Origin: Parasitella parasitica NRRL 2501
Taxonomy: Eukaryota; Fungi; Mucoromycota
Assembly: GCA_025201805.1 (NCBI GenBank)
Contig: MU619242.1
Location: 329,507 to 393,506 of the forward strand
Direction: 5' to 3'
DNA length: 64,000 nucleotides
The position numbers were made by a program, and so were the translations under genes. Below are positions 39,852 to 52,500 of the stretch, one piece after another. Each line of letters opens with the position of its first letter. Positions within the stretch are counted from its first letter, which is position 1. Below the pieces are notes generated by a model. It worked only from the letters and a program-made list of their open reading frames with translations, was not told the DNA's origin and did no database searches.

Positions 39852-40187
39852 TTCGCAAAGAGTTACTAGATGTTGAGAAATAAAGAAAGAAGGAAAAGAG
39901 GGAAAGAGAGCGAGATAAAGGGAACAAGGCTGTATAGAGTGAATCAACTCCGTTTAATGAATACGCTCCTTTTATAGTTTAAAGACTCGTGTGTGGGTTC
40001 CTGAATGAAATCAGCTTAAGAGGGGCCAAAATAAGAAAGACGCTGTTGCACCAGCAGTTTTTTTACAAGATCCTCTTGAACTATATGCCACAGTTGTACA
40101 GTATCACAGCTTAATTCAATAATATAAAATATATAAATCCTTTTTCGGCCATCAAGACATTTCTGTTTCTTTTCTTTACAAAAAAAA

Positions 40188-42278
40188 ATGACCCATTTGA
40201 GGTAAATGCTTCTTTATGACATGTAGAAAGCATTCAGTCTAAATCAACTCCTTAATCCTGTTTTGCAGTGATTTTTCATATTTAGGCAAGGTTAAACTAG
40301 ACTAAAAACAAACAAACCAGCACTAATGCACCCTTAAATAACAATAGAAAGATGTACAATTTGGACATATATCTCGGTGTATTTTCTTTTTAGTGTCTAC
40401 CAGAGCGACAAATTCAGATGTTTAAAGTGGAAATCGCTTGTAGCTGGAGAATTAAAATCGATTATCACCATTCTGCTAATACTAATGATGGCAATGCAGT
40501 TTATGTGGGGTAAGCAATAAGCAGCTTTTTCTTCGTAGCTGTGTCGTCTTGCTCACAGCCGTCCAATCAGATATCGTTTCCACGTATGTCAAATACAAGG
40601 AGGGGTTCACCGTCTATGAAGGCAAAATCATTACAAAGCCGTTCGCTATGTGGTCCTCTTCGCATCAAACAGATATGATGGTAATTATGATTGGAACAGT
40701 CTAATAAGCATTGTGCAACCTTGTACCAACCCTTTCTTCTTCGATTGGTGATGTATAGGCCATGGACTATGTTGAATGCGTTACATTCTCATTGCAGGTG
40801 GGTGTGTTTTTTCTGATGCAGTCATTCTGGAACTATCTCTCCAATACAGTGGCACGAAAGAGCTTCATGGGCTCGTTTGAATTCAAGTTTTACATTGTAT
40901 GGTACGATGGCTGTAAGATTTGATCTGCCATACATGTTACTGACAACTTTTTCAATCAAGGGCCCTAGGTAGCATGGCCATGTTTCCTATTCTTCAATGG
41001 GTGTTTCGGAACGATGTCAGCAAAAGAGAAGGCATCCCTCAATTGGCGTATGGTATTGAAGGTACAGTATCCTAAATACGCACAGAAACAGATCGATTTG
41101 TGCGACAGCCATGTGAATTTATTCATTAACACACAAAATGATGATAGCTTTGATTACTTCTTTATTGGGCATTCGGTCACACTTTAGATTCAAGCGGATT
41201 ATCGCAGTGTCACAGAGAAACAACAGTGCCAGCTACAAAGCCGTCGTAGCTAGATTGACTTATTTTAGAGACATGAATGTGCTGGTATCGATCATCCTTT
41301 TTAGCTACGCTGCTTCATTCATTATTCTGTGCTCTGACGGCTTGACCGACCACAAGATTATCAACTCGAACAAATTTGCTACTGATACCATCATTGCTAA
41401 TGTCAATATTTGCACCGTATTCCTTTGGCTGCTCTTGGTAAGCTTGACAGAGAGCGACAGTCAAAGGCAGGATTTCTCTAACATGGCATATTTAGATCTC
41501 TATCTTTCATCCACGCCCTCAATACTCTCGTGAAATTGACGGCAGTTCCGCCAGCAACAATAACGACTCTTCTTATACAAAGAACACTCAAACCAGAGCT
41601 CAAACTACGGCAAGTACTGACGGGCGAACAAACAGCTATGTTGTGAATGAAAGCACTCGCGGTATCACAGAACATGTTGGCTCTGATATGAAATACATTG
41701 ATTCTGCCATTTCTGCAAACAACAGCAATACAAATAGCGGCGGATTCATGCGTGTCATGTCTCCTGTAGCCGTGAATTACCCTCCCTCGCTCTCTAACGA
41801 CACAATGCCATTAACATCTCCAACTGCTACAGGCAGGCCATTATCTCCTTCAGAGTCTCACATAAATTTCCAGCAGCAACAATATCGCAACAATCTCACT
41901 GTTCAAGACCCGTATAGTAGTCAACCTGTTATGTTTTCTATGATGGATACCAAACAGCAACAACCGCAACAGCCAACAAGCCCTACACATATAATTCCAA
42001 TGCGTGGCATGCATGCCGGTAGTGACAATATCAATCGCATCAACACTCTATCTTCTTCTGCAAGACGATATGATGATGATGATATTATTGATTATGTAGG
42101 GTATGAACAGACCAGATCCCCTCACAAAATAAGACGCCCTTCTTGGGAGCGCAGTAATGATATGAGTGAACTCAACATGCCATCATCTCATCAATTTGAA
42201 CAGCAACAATTAGGTCAGCCTGGAGAGCAAATGGTGCGAGACTGGTTATGGCAATCACCTGATAGAAGAACCACTTGA
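40188..42278 (+). CDS. Uncharacterised multi-TM (7TM-like) protein with long disordered C-terminal tail
   Basis: Spliced MTHLSDFSYL|ERCTIWTYISVYFLF..GELKSIITILL..KYKEGF..SLQVGVFFLMQSFWNYL..EFKFYIVW..YFRDMN..NKFATD; needs a GC-AG intron at 40286-40347. Confidence 0.8.
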
Positions 42279-43679
42279 GTAAACTGATAATACTAATGCT
42301 TTAATTTAAACACTCCGTTTCTGGTGCACATTTATGCAATAAAATAATGGTGATTTTACAAATTAATGGTGTTTTTACAAATTACTAAAATTGCGGTAGT
42401 TAGGGGGCATCCTTAGGAATCAGTTGTGACCTAAGCGTTTTCATGCTACATTACTGTACAATTTCTTTTGCCCTGAACTGCGTATCAACATATCTGACTT
42501 TCGCAAAATGATTAGGGAGTTCGTAATTTACCGTTTTGTATAATAAAATATTTTCAGCTTGAGCAACAAACTATTTTAACATTTACTTTGGTCTTAAAAG
42601 ATTTGAAAGAAGCAAGCGCTTAAAAAGAATGGTCTGTCTGGAAGGCAGTGTTGAGTTGCAAATTGATAGTAGCCAAAGAAAGTTCTGCTGGAAAAGGCAT
42701 TTGTCATTTCGGGGAAGACTGGAGGCGAATTCTGCTTGTCACTGGAGAGAGTAATGGCTTGTGGATGTACATTCATTGGAGTTCTTTTACAAAATTGTGG
42801 AAGTTGCAGGGATATTAGTAGTCTCAGAAGGTTTTGTTGGAAGAAACAATTGTTTTTAGGGTAAGGCTAGAGACAAACTTCTCGATATTACCTTTGCATG
42901 ATGGTTTATAAGCATTTCCCGCTCTGGGTTTCTTCCCTCACTACAGTCAACCATATATGTGTTATAAACTAATTACTACTAATGACTTTTCTGAGGCCCT
43001 CCTGTCTGCTGGAGCTATTTGCCCCTTTCAGATTCTCTGATTTTCGGTATTGGACAAGATTTGTTATCATCACTATGGGAAGAATGTAGGTGCAAATGAA
43101 CTAAACTTGGTGTACTTTTACACCTCTCTTTCTCATTACCAACTGATCCTGCAATTCAATACACTATGTCTCGAAACGAATATGCTAGCTAAGCAAACTG
43201 CAGCGAATTAGACAATCCACAAGGCAATCAATGACCGTGAAGATCGTTCTTCTGTCTACACTCTTTGACTCTGATTGCTCTCATTGCGTCAGACGACTCC
43301 GTTGATTAATCAATTCGGTAGCGCCCAAGCCAGTTTTGAGAAAAATGATAGAGTCTGCTCGGTTTTGACAAACGTGCACGTAGTCTGCACTTGATGTTCA
43401 TGTGTTAAATTTGGTGCGTATTATGTTAGAAAGATCAGTCTTGGAGTTGTAGTATTCACTTAATATTCCTACAAATCGTTGCTGCACCTGATATTATCAA
43501 GGCACTCCCAGCGTTCAAGATATGGTACTCTTTAAACATTAGAGATTCTCCTTTATCAAGGCACCATTGGGTGTCGTTTGGAGTTGGTTTCTTTTTTGCT
43601 CTGATGCCTTGCTCTTCATCTTAGGAGGCATTTATATTAATAAAGAAAAGAATAAAAATAAGCTTGAGAACATCTCTTG

Positions 43680-44390
43680 GCCTTACAAACCCGGAAAGAT
43701 TAAACGACTCGCTACAAATCACCATCGCGACCACGACTTTTGATGACTCTATGCCAGCGCAATAAATAAGGCGTACAGCCTTTTTATGGTTTCTGGAAAA
43801 AAAAAGTTGAAGTAAATGGTAAATTACATGGTGTTTGTGATAGTATATACTAGGGTTTCTGGTAACAAACCTTTTATATCTGATAGATGGTGAGAAGAGA
43901 AATGGCTCCTTAAGAAGAATTTAAATGGGGATTTCCATATTTAGTTAAAAGAGTTATTACTTTGAGTGAAAATACGAAGAGAATGTGTTGTCAAATAAGC
44001 TATCTACATCATATCTTCAAGTTCAAAGTCGTCTAAAAAAAGGTTATGGTTGTCTATTGACAAACATCTGTAATTCTGGGTGCAAGTGTGTCTGTTAACT
44101 TTGGATCAAAAATCTTTAATTAGATTCAGGAACGGAGAGCAAGGTTGAAGATAAACACATTAATGTCCTTGGGATTTCTTAAATTTCTACACAGATGATT
44201 TTTTTTTAGAAATGGGTGTGATATCTTGGGGCAGATTGTTTCCTTTCTTCTGGCACTTTCTTATATTTTAGTTGATCTGGCGTCTTCTAGTGTAGAAGGC
44301 CTTGTCAAACAAGTATCAAGCTGGGTCCTATATATCCAGTAGCACAGTAGAACTGCCATTCAAACCTGTGCCATCTTTTCCATAATATTG
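43680..44390 (-). mobile_element. Degraded Tc1/IS630-like transposase fragments
   Basis: CVYLQPCSPFLNLIKDF (consensus YLPPYSPxLNPIE) at ~44100-44160 and a VIxSxESxFNL-like fragment near 43700. Confidence 0.5.
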
Positions 44391-44392
44391 GA

Positions 44393-45010
44393 ATGGCGCG
44401 TCTTTGTAAAGCCAGCGTCCCTTCCCCACTATGCACTAATTGCCCACTAATTGTTGATTCTTCTACGCATTTTCTCTTCTATTGTCTAGCCAAAGCCAAC
44501 ATTTGGCAGGCTGTTGTTTTCGAATTCCTTTGGCCAACAGTATCCATTCATGAAATTATTCAAGCTATTCACTCTTTTGATTTCTATGACATTCGCTACA
44601 GCCAAAAAAGTGCTGTACCTGCGCCTCTCATAGTTTTCATAGCCTTGGCTAACATCTGGAGAGCTCACTTTCGCTTTATCTTTGAGGCACTCCTTTCACT
44701 ACAGCCGCGGTTCTGGCCAACGTCCGAATCGATGTTTTAAAACGCATTGAGGAAGGCTCAGTCCAATCTGTTCTGTAGCATATTGGTAGGGTCATCGTTC
44801 TATTGTCAAACTGGACCCCTCTTTTATTATTATCTTTTACTTTAATATGTTTTATCCCTTCTATTTAATATCTCTCAATCTCTGTCCCTCAGTATTATTT
44901 TATCTCCGTCTGACTAAATCTATATTTGCGCCCGCCTCTTGAGCCAGTTTCACTACTTTTTCTTTGATAGCGGAGATAAAACGCGTCCAAAATCAGGAAA
45001 GAAAAATTCT
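44393..45010 (+). mobile_element. 5'-truncated non-LTR retrotransposon (zf-RVT C-terminus plus 3' UTR)
   Basis: SPLCTNC..DSSTHFLFYC..K..IW..IWRAHFRFIFE; frameshift near 44690; 3' UTR has an 11-bp inverted repeat (44898-44908/44971-44981). Confidence 0.8.
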
Positions 45011-45839
45011 TTCAGAAACTCAATTTGGACAATTTGAAAACAAAATTACTCCTTTGAGGCAAGATATCATCCTCTGATACTATGCATACCACGGCAGTCA
45101 GTCTATGATCATAGCTGTAAATTTGGGCACCCTACACGATGGTGTTATTTTCATAATCCCCGTACGCCTATGGAAAGAATTCTGCTAAAAAATCTCAAAT
45201 ATAGATAAAGAGAGAAAAGCCAACATTTTGCTTAATCAGAGCGCATTTCCAGTCTTTCAGATCAAGCAATAGTCTTTTACGATCATTTTTCTCTAATATA
45301 TGATATAGTGAAAAGTTGCATTTTTGAAGTCAAAATTGAGGATAATGCATAATCGATGATTTTGGATGTGTGGATACAAGGAAAAAATCGAAAAAATCCG
45401 TCATTTTGCATCGAAAAAAAAAAATCATGCTCAAATTGCACCAAAATCATATATAATATAGTTTTTTCCAAATGGATACTATTTCTGGTGTTTTCTGAGC
45501 GCTTTTGGTTATAAAAATTAATCAAAAAATGGCATATAAAGTTAAATTTCTTGCTTTTAAGCTGTAAAAAATACATATCTGGAGATGATATCACATTAGC
45601 ATCAATTCTACATGACACAGCTCTATAAAGCAAATATTTTTGATACCACAAGTATACCTTTCTTCATATTAATACAATAAAATAGGTATTGCCCATCGAG
45701 TTGGAAGCATAAGAGGATACTTAATCAATACTTTGCTGCAAAGACCTCTTGTTATTTGTGAATAATTCATATGTTGCTAGTTGCTAGTGACAGAGAAGCC
45801 CTTTTGCCATTGTTACTTAAAAAAATGCTTAGTAAAGAT

Positions 45840-47295
45840 AAGTGGTGTCAGAAATTAAATTCAAATTTTGAAATGTTTTTTGATTGAAAAAACTTATTAG
45901 TGAAATATCAATAGAATCGTATAAGATTTGAAGTATACAAAACTTAATATGTTTATTTTAGTAATATAGCAAAAAAAAATTAAAATTAATATCTGGTGTT
46001 GCCACCATTAGCCTCAATAACAGCCTTGCATCGAGAGCTCATACTGCCGACTAAAGCCTCTAAAAATGATTGAGGTATTGCATACCATTCGTTGCGAATA
46101 CAAGTCTCCAACTGATCCACATTCTTCAATTGGTATCTACGACTCTCCATCCGCTTTTCAAGGTAAGCCCAGACATGTTTAATGGGGTTTAGGTCTGGAC
46201 TTTGAGGTGGCCAGAAGTTGAACCCTTGGATCTGATGTCTCTGCTTATACCAGGTTGCATACTTTCCAGTATGGCAAGAGGCACCGTTTTCTTGGAATAT
46301 AAATTCCTTGGAATGTTCAACACTCAAGTCCTGCAACCATGGGAGGAAGTGGTTGGACAAACAGTTGACATAAGCGTCTTGATTGATACTCCCTTTCATG
46401 ATTACAATGGGACCTAAACCCCCAGCCCAGAAACAACCCCAAATCATCACTGAACCATTCCCAAACTTCACAGTCTTTCGAACATGGTTTGGAGAGAACC
46501 TTTCGCCTTCTTTTCGAATCACTCGGACCCTTCCATCACTGCCATTAACGTTGAATTTAGATTCATCGGACCAAATGGCATTCTGCCATTGTTCCTACAC
46601 ACTTGGTATACTCGAGCTGATCAAATCGTGTCTTGATCACTTTAATTGGGCCAAATTCCCCCTCCTAAAAAACATCCCCAAACCATCACTGAACCACTTC
46701 CAAACTTTGTGAACTTCATAACATGGTCTTCATGAAACCTTTCATTGATTCGGCGGATAACTCTAGTACCAAAATCATTGCCTACAATGTTGAATTTTGA
46801 TTCATCCGACTAAATCACATGTTTCCATTGATCCATAGTGAAATCTACTTTATCTTTTGCCCATTGTAGTCTTCTTTCCTTGTGAGTTGTTCTTAACCGT
46901 GGTCTGTGAGCAGCTTTATAAGATTTTAAACCTAAATCTACGAGACACTTTCTGTAAGTGTTCAAATGGATGCCGTATCCGCAATGTCATGTAAATCAGC
47001 CAAATGGTGTCTCATTGGCTTCAACGGTTGCTTTCTTATCTCGTGCTTGATAACTCTTTTGTCCCTCACGACAAAATTTGGAGGTCTACCAGGTCTTTGT
47101 GCTAGAAGTGCCGAGCCTTTGTGCTTGTATCTGTATATCAGACCCTTCACGGCACCTTCCTTGATGCCCGTCGACTTGGCGATAGCGGAACTTGGAACAC
47201 CGTACTCATGCAACCCAATTACTCGTCCGATATCGTAGTCAGCGTTCTTGTAAAGCCATAATAAAAGTTTTAGCAGATAATTTTTAGCACTGTAT
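45840..47295 (-). mobile_element. Tc1/mariner transposase pseudogene, apparently chimeric
   Basis: HTH with RPGRPP, two different WSDESKFN..KFGxGSVM segments, FQENGASCH, WPPQSPDLNPIKHVW, ANGGNTRY; TA-CAGTG at the 5' end (~47288-47295). Confidence 0.88.
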
Positions 47296-47450
47296 AAAGG
47301 TACGTGGATTTGAAAGTGGATAGGACATGTTCATTTTCCTTAAATTTACTACAAATAGTGACCGTGGTTGTTGATTCATTGCCGGTTTGATTGCTGAGGA
47401 GAAGGGGGCTTTATTTCTCGTTTTCTTTTTCTTTCGCTTACAGTAACAAA

Positions 47451-49119
47451 ATGTCTGCAAAGCAGCTTGACTACAGCCGGGATCCAAATCATGACGGTTA
47501 CAAACTCATCGTTCGCAAGGATGCTCCGTTTAATGCGGAGCCTTGCCCAGTTGACTTGATCAAGAATTATATAACACCTGAAAAGTACTTTTTTTGCCGG
47601 AACCATGGTCCATTGCCTGATATTCAAGAAGCAGAACACACAATTCTTGTTCAGGGCTTGGGCTGTGACAAGCCTACGGTTTTTACCATGAAGCAGATCA
47701 AGGAGGATTATGAAAAGACCTCGGTGATGATGGTGATGCAGGCAGGTATTATATAGTAGTCGCTGTGTGTATGCATACTAATCTGTTGTGTCATGTATGT
47801 ATGTAGTGTGCTGTAAGGCTCTCTATCCGCATGCTATTTGATTGTATTAACACGCTGCATATGTAGGGAAACAGAAGAGACGGTCTTCACAAAGTCAAGC
47901 ACACAAAAGGTGTAAGTTTTTTTTTTCAAGCATTGCACACCACACAGACTCACCAACATATCCTGGAATAGGTCATTTGGGGACCTGGTGCCTTGGGAAA
48001 TGCAGTTTATAGTGGCTGTAGGCTACGTGACATCCTTGCTGCCGTTGGAGTGACCACAAAAATCCAAAATTTGCAACGACTTCATGTTGCCTTCGAGTCT
48101 GTGGAACAGGTTAGTGTAAACAAATAACGTTATTGAATGATGCAATAATACTCAATGACCAAAATCATATGACTCCAATGTAGTGCGAGGAAGATAAATG
48201 CTACGGATCTTCAATTCCATTGTCCAAGGCACTGTAAGTTTGCCGCCTATTTCATCAACCCCGATTAACACTCGAGTAATACATAGAGATGAATTCGGAG
48301 ATGTGTTGTTGGCTTATGAGGTACATAATATACGCATCGTCATTTTAAATTTTTGACCATAACAAATGTAACATGTCATGCACATTTCGCAGATGAATCA
48401 CGACACATTAACCCGCGACCATGGATATCCCATCAGAGTTGTGGTACCAGGCTACATTGGCGGGAGATCAGTAAAGTATCTAAAATCAATCACGGTTCAA
48501 GATTACGAATCAATGTCCTATTACCAACGTAGGGATTACAAGATTTTACCCGAGAGTGTATAGTATATAACTTTGATGAATAACAGGAATCATGCTTGTA
48601 TTTAACATATGTATGTGTGAATTTAGGTTTGTGAGGAGAAACAAGCAGACGCTTACTGGTGCAAAGTACCCTCGATTGGCGAATACAATGTTCAATCGTA
48701 TGTGTGTAGTCCTTCCGACGGTATTCATGATGGAGCAAGCCCGAACCAAACAGTACAAGGGTATGCTCTTTCAGGCGGGGGACGATGTATACAACGAGTA
48801 GATGTATCTGGAGACGATGGAAAAACCTGGACCACAGCCCAATTGCATCAACCAGCTGCAGAGGGCAATAATTGCAGAGTATGGGGCTGGTGTCTGTGGT
48901 CTGTCACGATAGCTACAAAGCGAAACATTAGAATTGTTAGTAGAGCAGGTATGTGTACAAGCAGTTTGTCAGTTATGTCTATTATCTCATAAAATGCATG
49001 CACCAGTGGATTCTTCTGGAAATGTTCAACAAGAGTATCCGGTTTGGAACTATCGTGGTGTCATGAATAATTCCTGGAGAACTGTAGATTCGAATACAAT
49101 GGAGATGTCAAATATTTAG
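47451..49119 (+). CDS. Sulfite oxidase family molybdoenzyme without heme b5 domain
   Basis: PFNAEP, YITP..FFCRNHG, MQ|CA|GNRR, YGSSIPL, LAYE|MN..LTRDHGYPIRVVVPGYIGGRSVK, GYALSGGGR.I.RVDVS.D.GKTW, WNYRGVMNNSW. Confidence 0.93.
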
Positions 49120-49235
49120 TTGATTATATACACAATAAAGCCAATGTCTTGCTGTTACCCCTGGACACATTATGTCTGCCAAAATAATGCGAATGATGAT
49201 ATGCATGCAGCAACATCTTTGAAACTATGCTAGCA

Positions 49236-49236
<1 letters not shown>

Positions 49237-49326
<90 letters not shown>
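49237..49326. repeat. A90 homopolymer between convergent genes
   Basis: Uninterrupted run of A. Confidence 0.9.
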
Positions 49327-49329
<3 letters not shown>

Positions 49330-49532
49330 GAACAAGCTGGTAATGCTTTATTTATTACGGATTGATAAAAGGTATAGCAAATATATACGTAAGAGGTAAA
49401 GAGAGAGAAAAGAAAAAGAAAGAAAAAGGTGTACATTGTTTAAAATTGAAGCTACCTGAGAAAGGGAAAGAGTCTAATAGTTATTACAAGGTAGCTAGCG
49501 TAGAAATACAAATAATGATAAGCAAAGTAGCT

Positions 49533-52500
49533 TTAGCGTCTAGGCTTTCTGAAAAGATAAACAAGGCCGATAAAAGCAAAGATATTAAAGACAAAGTAGG
49601 CAACGAGGATGCCAAAATTACGCCACTTATGACTAGCACTCCAATCGAATCTAGATTCGTAGAATTCAGGGCCAGAGTTATAGGTACAGTAACCACACAT
49701 TTCAGGTGCAGTGGCGTTGGGGTTAGCTATGTAGCCTGGTGCGCCGTATGAGAAAAAGTTGGCAGTGTATTCGCCACAGGTTTGATTGGGAGGTGGTGAA
49801 AATGAAAGGAGATCGCCTTGGTCACACACAATCTTGAGGTCGGCCAACTCATTGACAGCGAGACCCTCAATGTAGTAGTGGAAAGGATCCAGCCAGTACA
49901 TCCAAGAACTCCAGAATTTAGGCATTTGAGAGGGTGATTGCATCAAACCGCAGAAGAGAATAAGAAGAGATATGACCAATGGGTTGATAACAGCAGCCAT
50001 CAATGGAGACTCTGATACAGCGGCAATAACGAAACCGAGAGTGACAGCCCAACAAACGAGCATAGTGAACATGATGTAGAAATAACCACCTGATTCAGCA
50101 GAAGGGTTCATTCCAGCGGTCCAGTAGAAGCCTGCTCAAAAGACAATTAGTATTGGTTCACTGATATTTCATCCTCGTTTTTCCTTACCAAACATGAAAC
50201 AAGCAGAGTAGAAAAAGATGTAGGGAAGTTCAACAAGCACAGCAGAGACTGCCCATGGTAACCAACTGTAGTAACGAGAAGCATATTCACGTCTAAAGTA
50301 TTGGCGTTCGGTGATGAACTTGGGTTGCGCAAGAATAATAAGAGTCATTGCCATGATGAAGGTACCGAACAGAGCAAAGACCTTGTTCAGCATATCAGAC
50401 GAAGAAGATCCCAACTTCCAGTATGTGAAGCCGGTGACCAAGGAAGTAAACATGACGTTGAGGAAACGACCAATATTGTAGTCAGGAGAGCGCCAGTAAG
50501 CGAGAGCCATGCGACTGTACACCAATTTGAACTGATTAGCCAGACTAGTGGCATATGTATGGGCGTCACGAGTAGGGTTAGCATCAGAGGCACTATGAAT
50601 TTCCTCGAGTTCTGCAGTTAGGGCCTTGGCCTCGAGTGAGTTTTCCCAGATGGTAGCCCAATCAGCCTTGGCTTTACCGGCAGTACCTGCGCCGACACAC
50701 TCCAAGATGTATTCAGCGGGATTGGCTTCAGGAGAACACTTGGGTCCGCCGTTTGACTCAAAGTAGTTGATCATAGTCTGAGAGTCGGGGCCAATTTCAC
50801 CATGATAAGCAGTACGACCACCACGAACCAAAAGCAGCAAGTGGTCAAAATGTTCGAAAAGGATAGCAGAAGGCTGATGGATAGTACAGAGAACAGGCCA
50901 TCCAGAATCAGCGAGCTTACGAATGAAACGAATAATGTTATAGGAAGACTGGGCATCCAAGCCAGAGGTAGGCTCATCGAGGAAGAGAAGCTTGGGTTTA
51001 CCGACCAGCTCCATACCGATAGTAAGACGTTTGCGCTCTTCAACAGAGATACCGAAGCCGAATTCAACCACACCAATCTGGGCATCGCCAATATCCTCCA
51101 TTTCCAAAAGCTCAAGGATGGTCTCGACATACTTGTCCTTTTCTTCTTTGGGAACACTGGCAGGCTGGCGAAGATAAGCAGAGAAACGAAGGGCTTCGCG
51201 GACAGTAACAGCAGGCTGGTGCACGTCCATTTGTTCACAGTAGCCAGTAATGCGTTCAAAGTCAGTCATCAACGCCTCATTGTTGAGGTAGACACGACCT
51301 TCGACCTTACCAATGGTCTTGCGACGAGCCAAGACATCCAACAGAGTAGTCTTACCAGCACCAGACGAGCCCATCAACGCAGTTAGATGACCAGGGCGGA
51401 CAACGCCAGAAACATGGTTCAACAGTTGCAGTTCGCCACCCTTGACAGGAACAGTGTAGTCGATGTTTTGCCAGGAAAAAGTAGTGCCGGCAGAGACACT
51501 CTCCATGTTTTCGCTGAAATTGGCTTGTTTTCTGCGACGGGCATCTTCTTCTTCAGGAGTACGAGGCTTGGGAGCCTTGCCAGGCAGATAAAGCTTTGTA
51601 AGGGTACCGTTTTTGCTGAGACCCACCAATTCCATCGCACCAGCTGTCAGAACAGTAAACAGCAAAAAGAAGGCAACAACGACAATGAAATCAGGAGCCC
51701 ACATTTGGCTGGGGTTGTAGCTAAGATAGTCGTTCAAGTAGTCATCTCCAAGCACATAATTAGCGCCAGGCTTGCCACCAGCCATAGTGCAGACCTTGTA
51801 GTTCCAATCATCATAGCCAGGGCCGAACGGGACAGCATTACCAGCGCCTTCACAGCTATATTCAACGCCCTTCAATTCGTTGATCAACAAGGCCTTGTAA
51901 GAATAAGTCAAAGGATTGATCCAGTAGATCCAGGAGAGCCAGGGATGCATCTTGCTGTAGGGGATAGTATAACCCGTGTATGTAGTTACAGCAATGAGAA
52001 TGACACCAGACACCTGAGTAGCAAGGAAGAAACTGGATGTGGAGGCACCAAAGAACCTAAAGAAGCCGTTCATGCACAGATTCATAAAGAACAGAATAAC
52101 AAAGAAGGTAAAGAAGGCACCGGCCGTTAGTTTGAGGCCCATCATAAAGTAAGCACAGATTTCGAAAAGCAACACTTGCACAATTGCATATGGGATGTCC
52201 ATCACAACCTGGGCAATATAAAAGGCAGAAGGGCGATACAGGGCATATTGCTTGTGCTTTTCAAGAATAGGACGGCCCATCAAAAAGTTAACAAGCTCGG
52301 CTTGAGAGATAAAAGAGTTGAACAGCAGGGCAAAGAACAGAGCACCGCCACGAGAGAAAGCGCCAGCACCATCTTCACTCATTTTGAAGAAACAGGAAGC
52401 AGTAATCAGAGACTGAATAAGGATTGTACCGTAGCGAGAGATCAAAGCACCCAAATCGGTGATGTTAAGGTAGTATTGGCGGATAGTAAGCGCCTTGACC

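Noticed and set aside
49230-49436. Poly-Phe ORF (also the poly-Lys ORF at 5908-6096 and His-Thr/Cys-Val ORFs at ~61 kb)
   Set aside because: Translations of homopolymer or microsatellite tracts.
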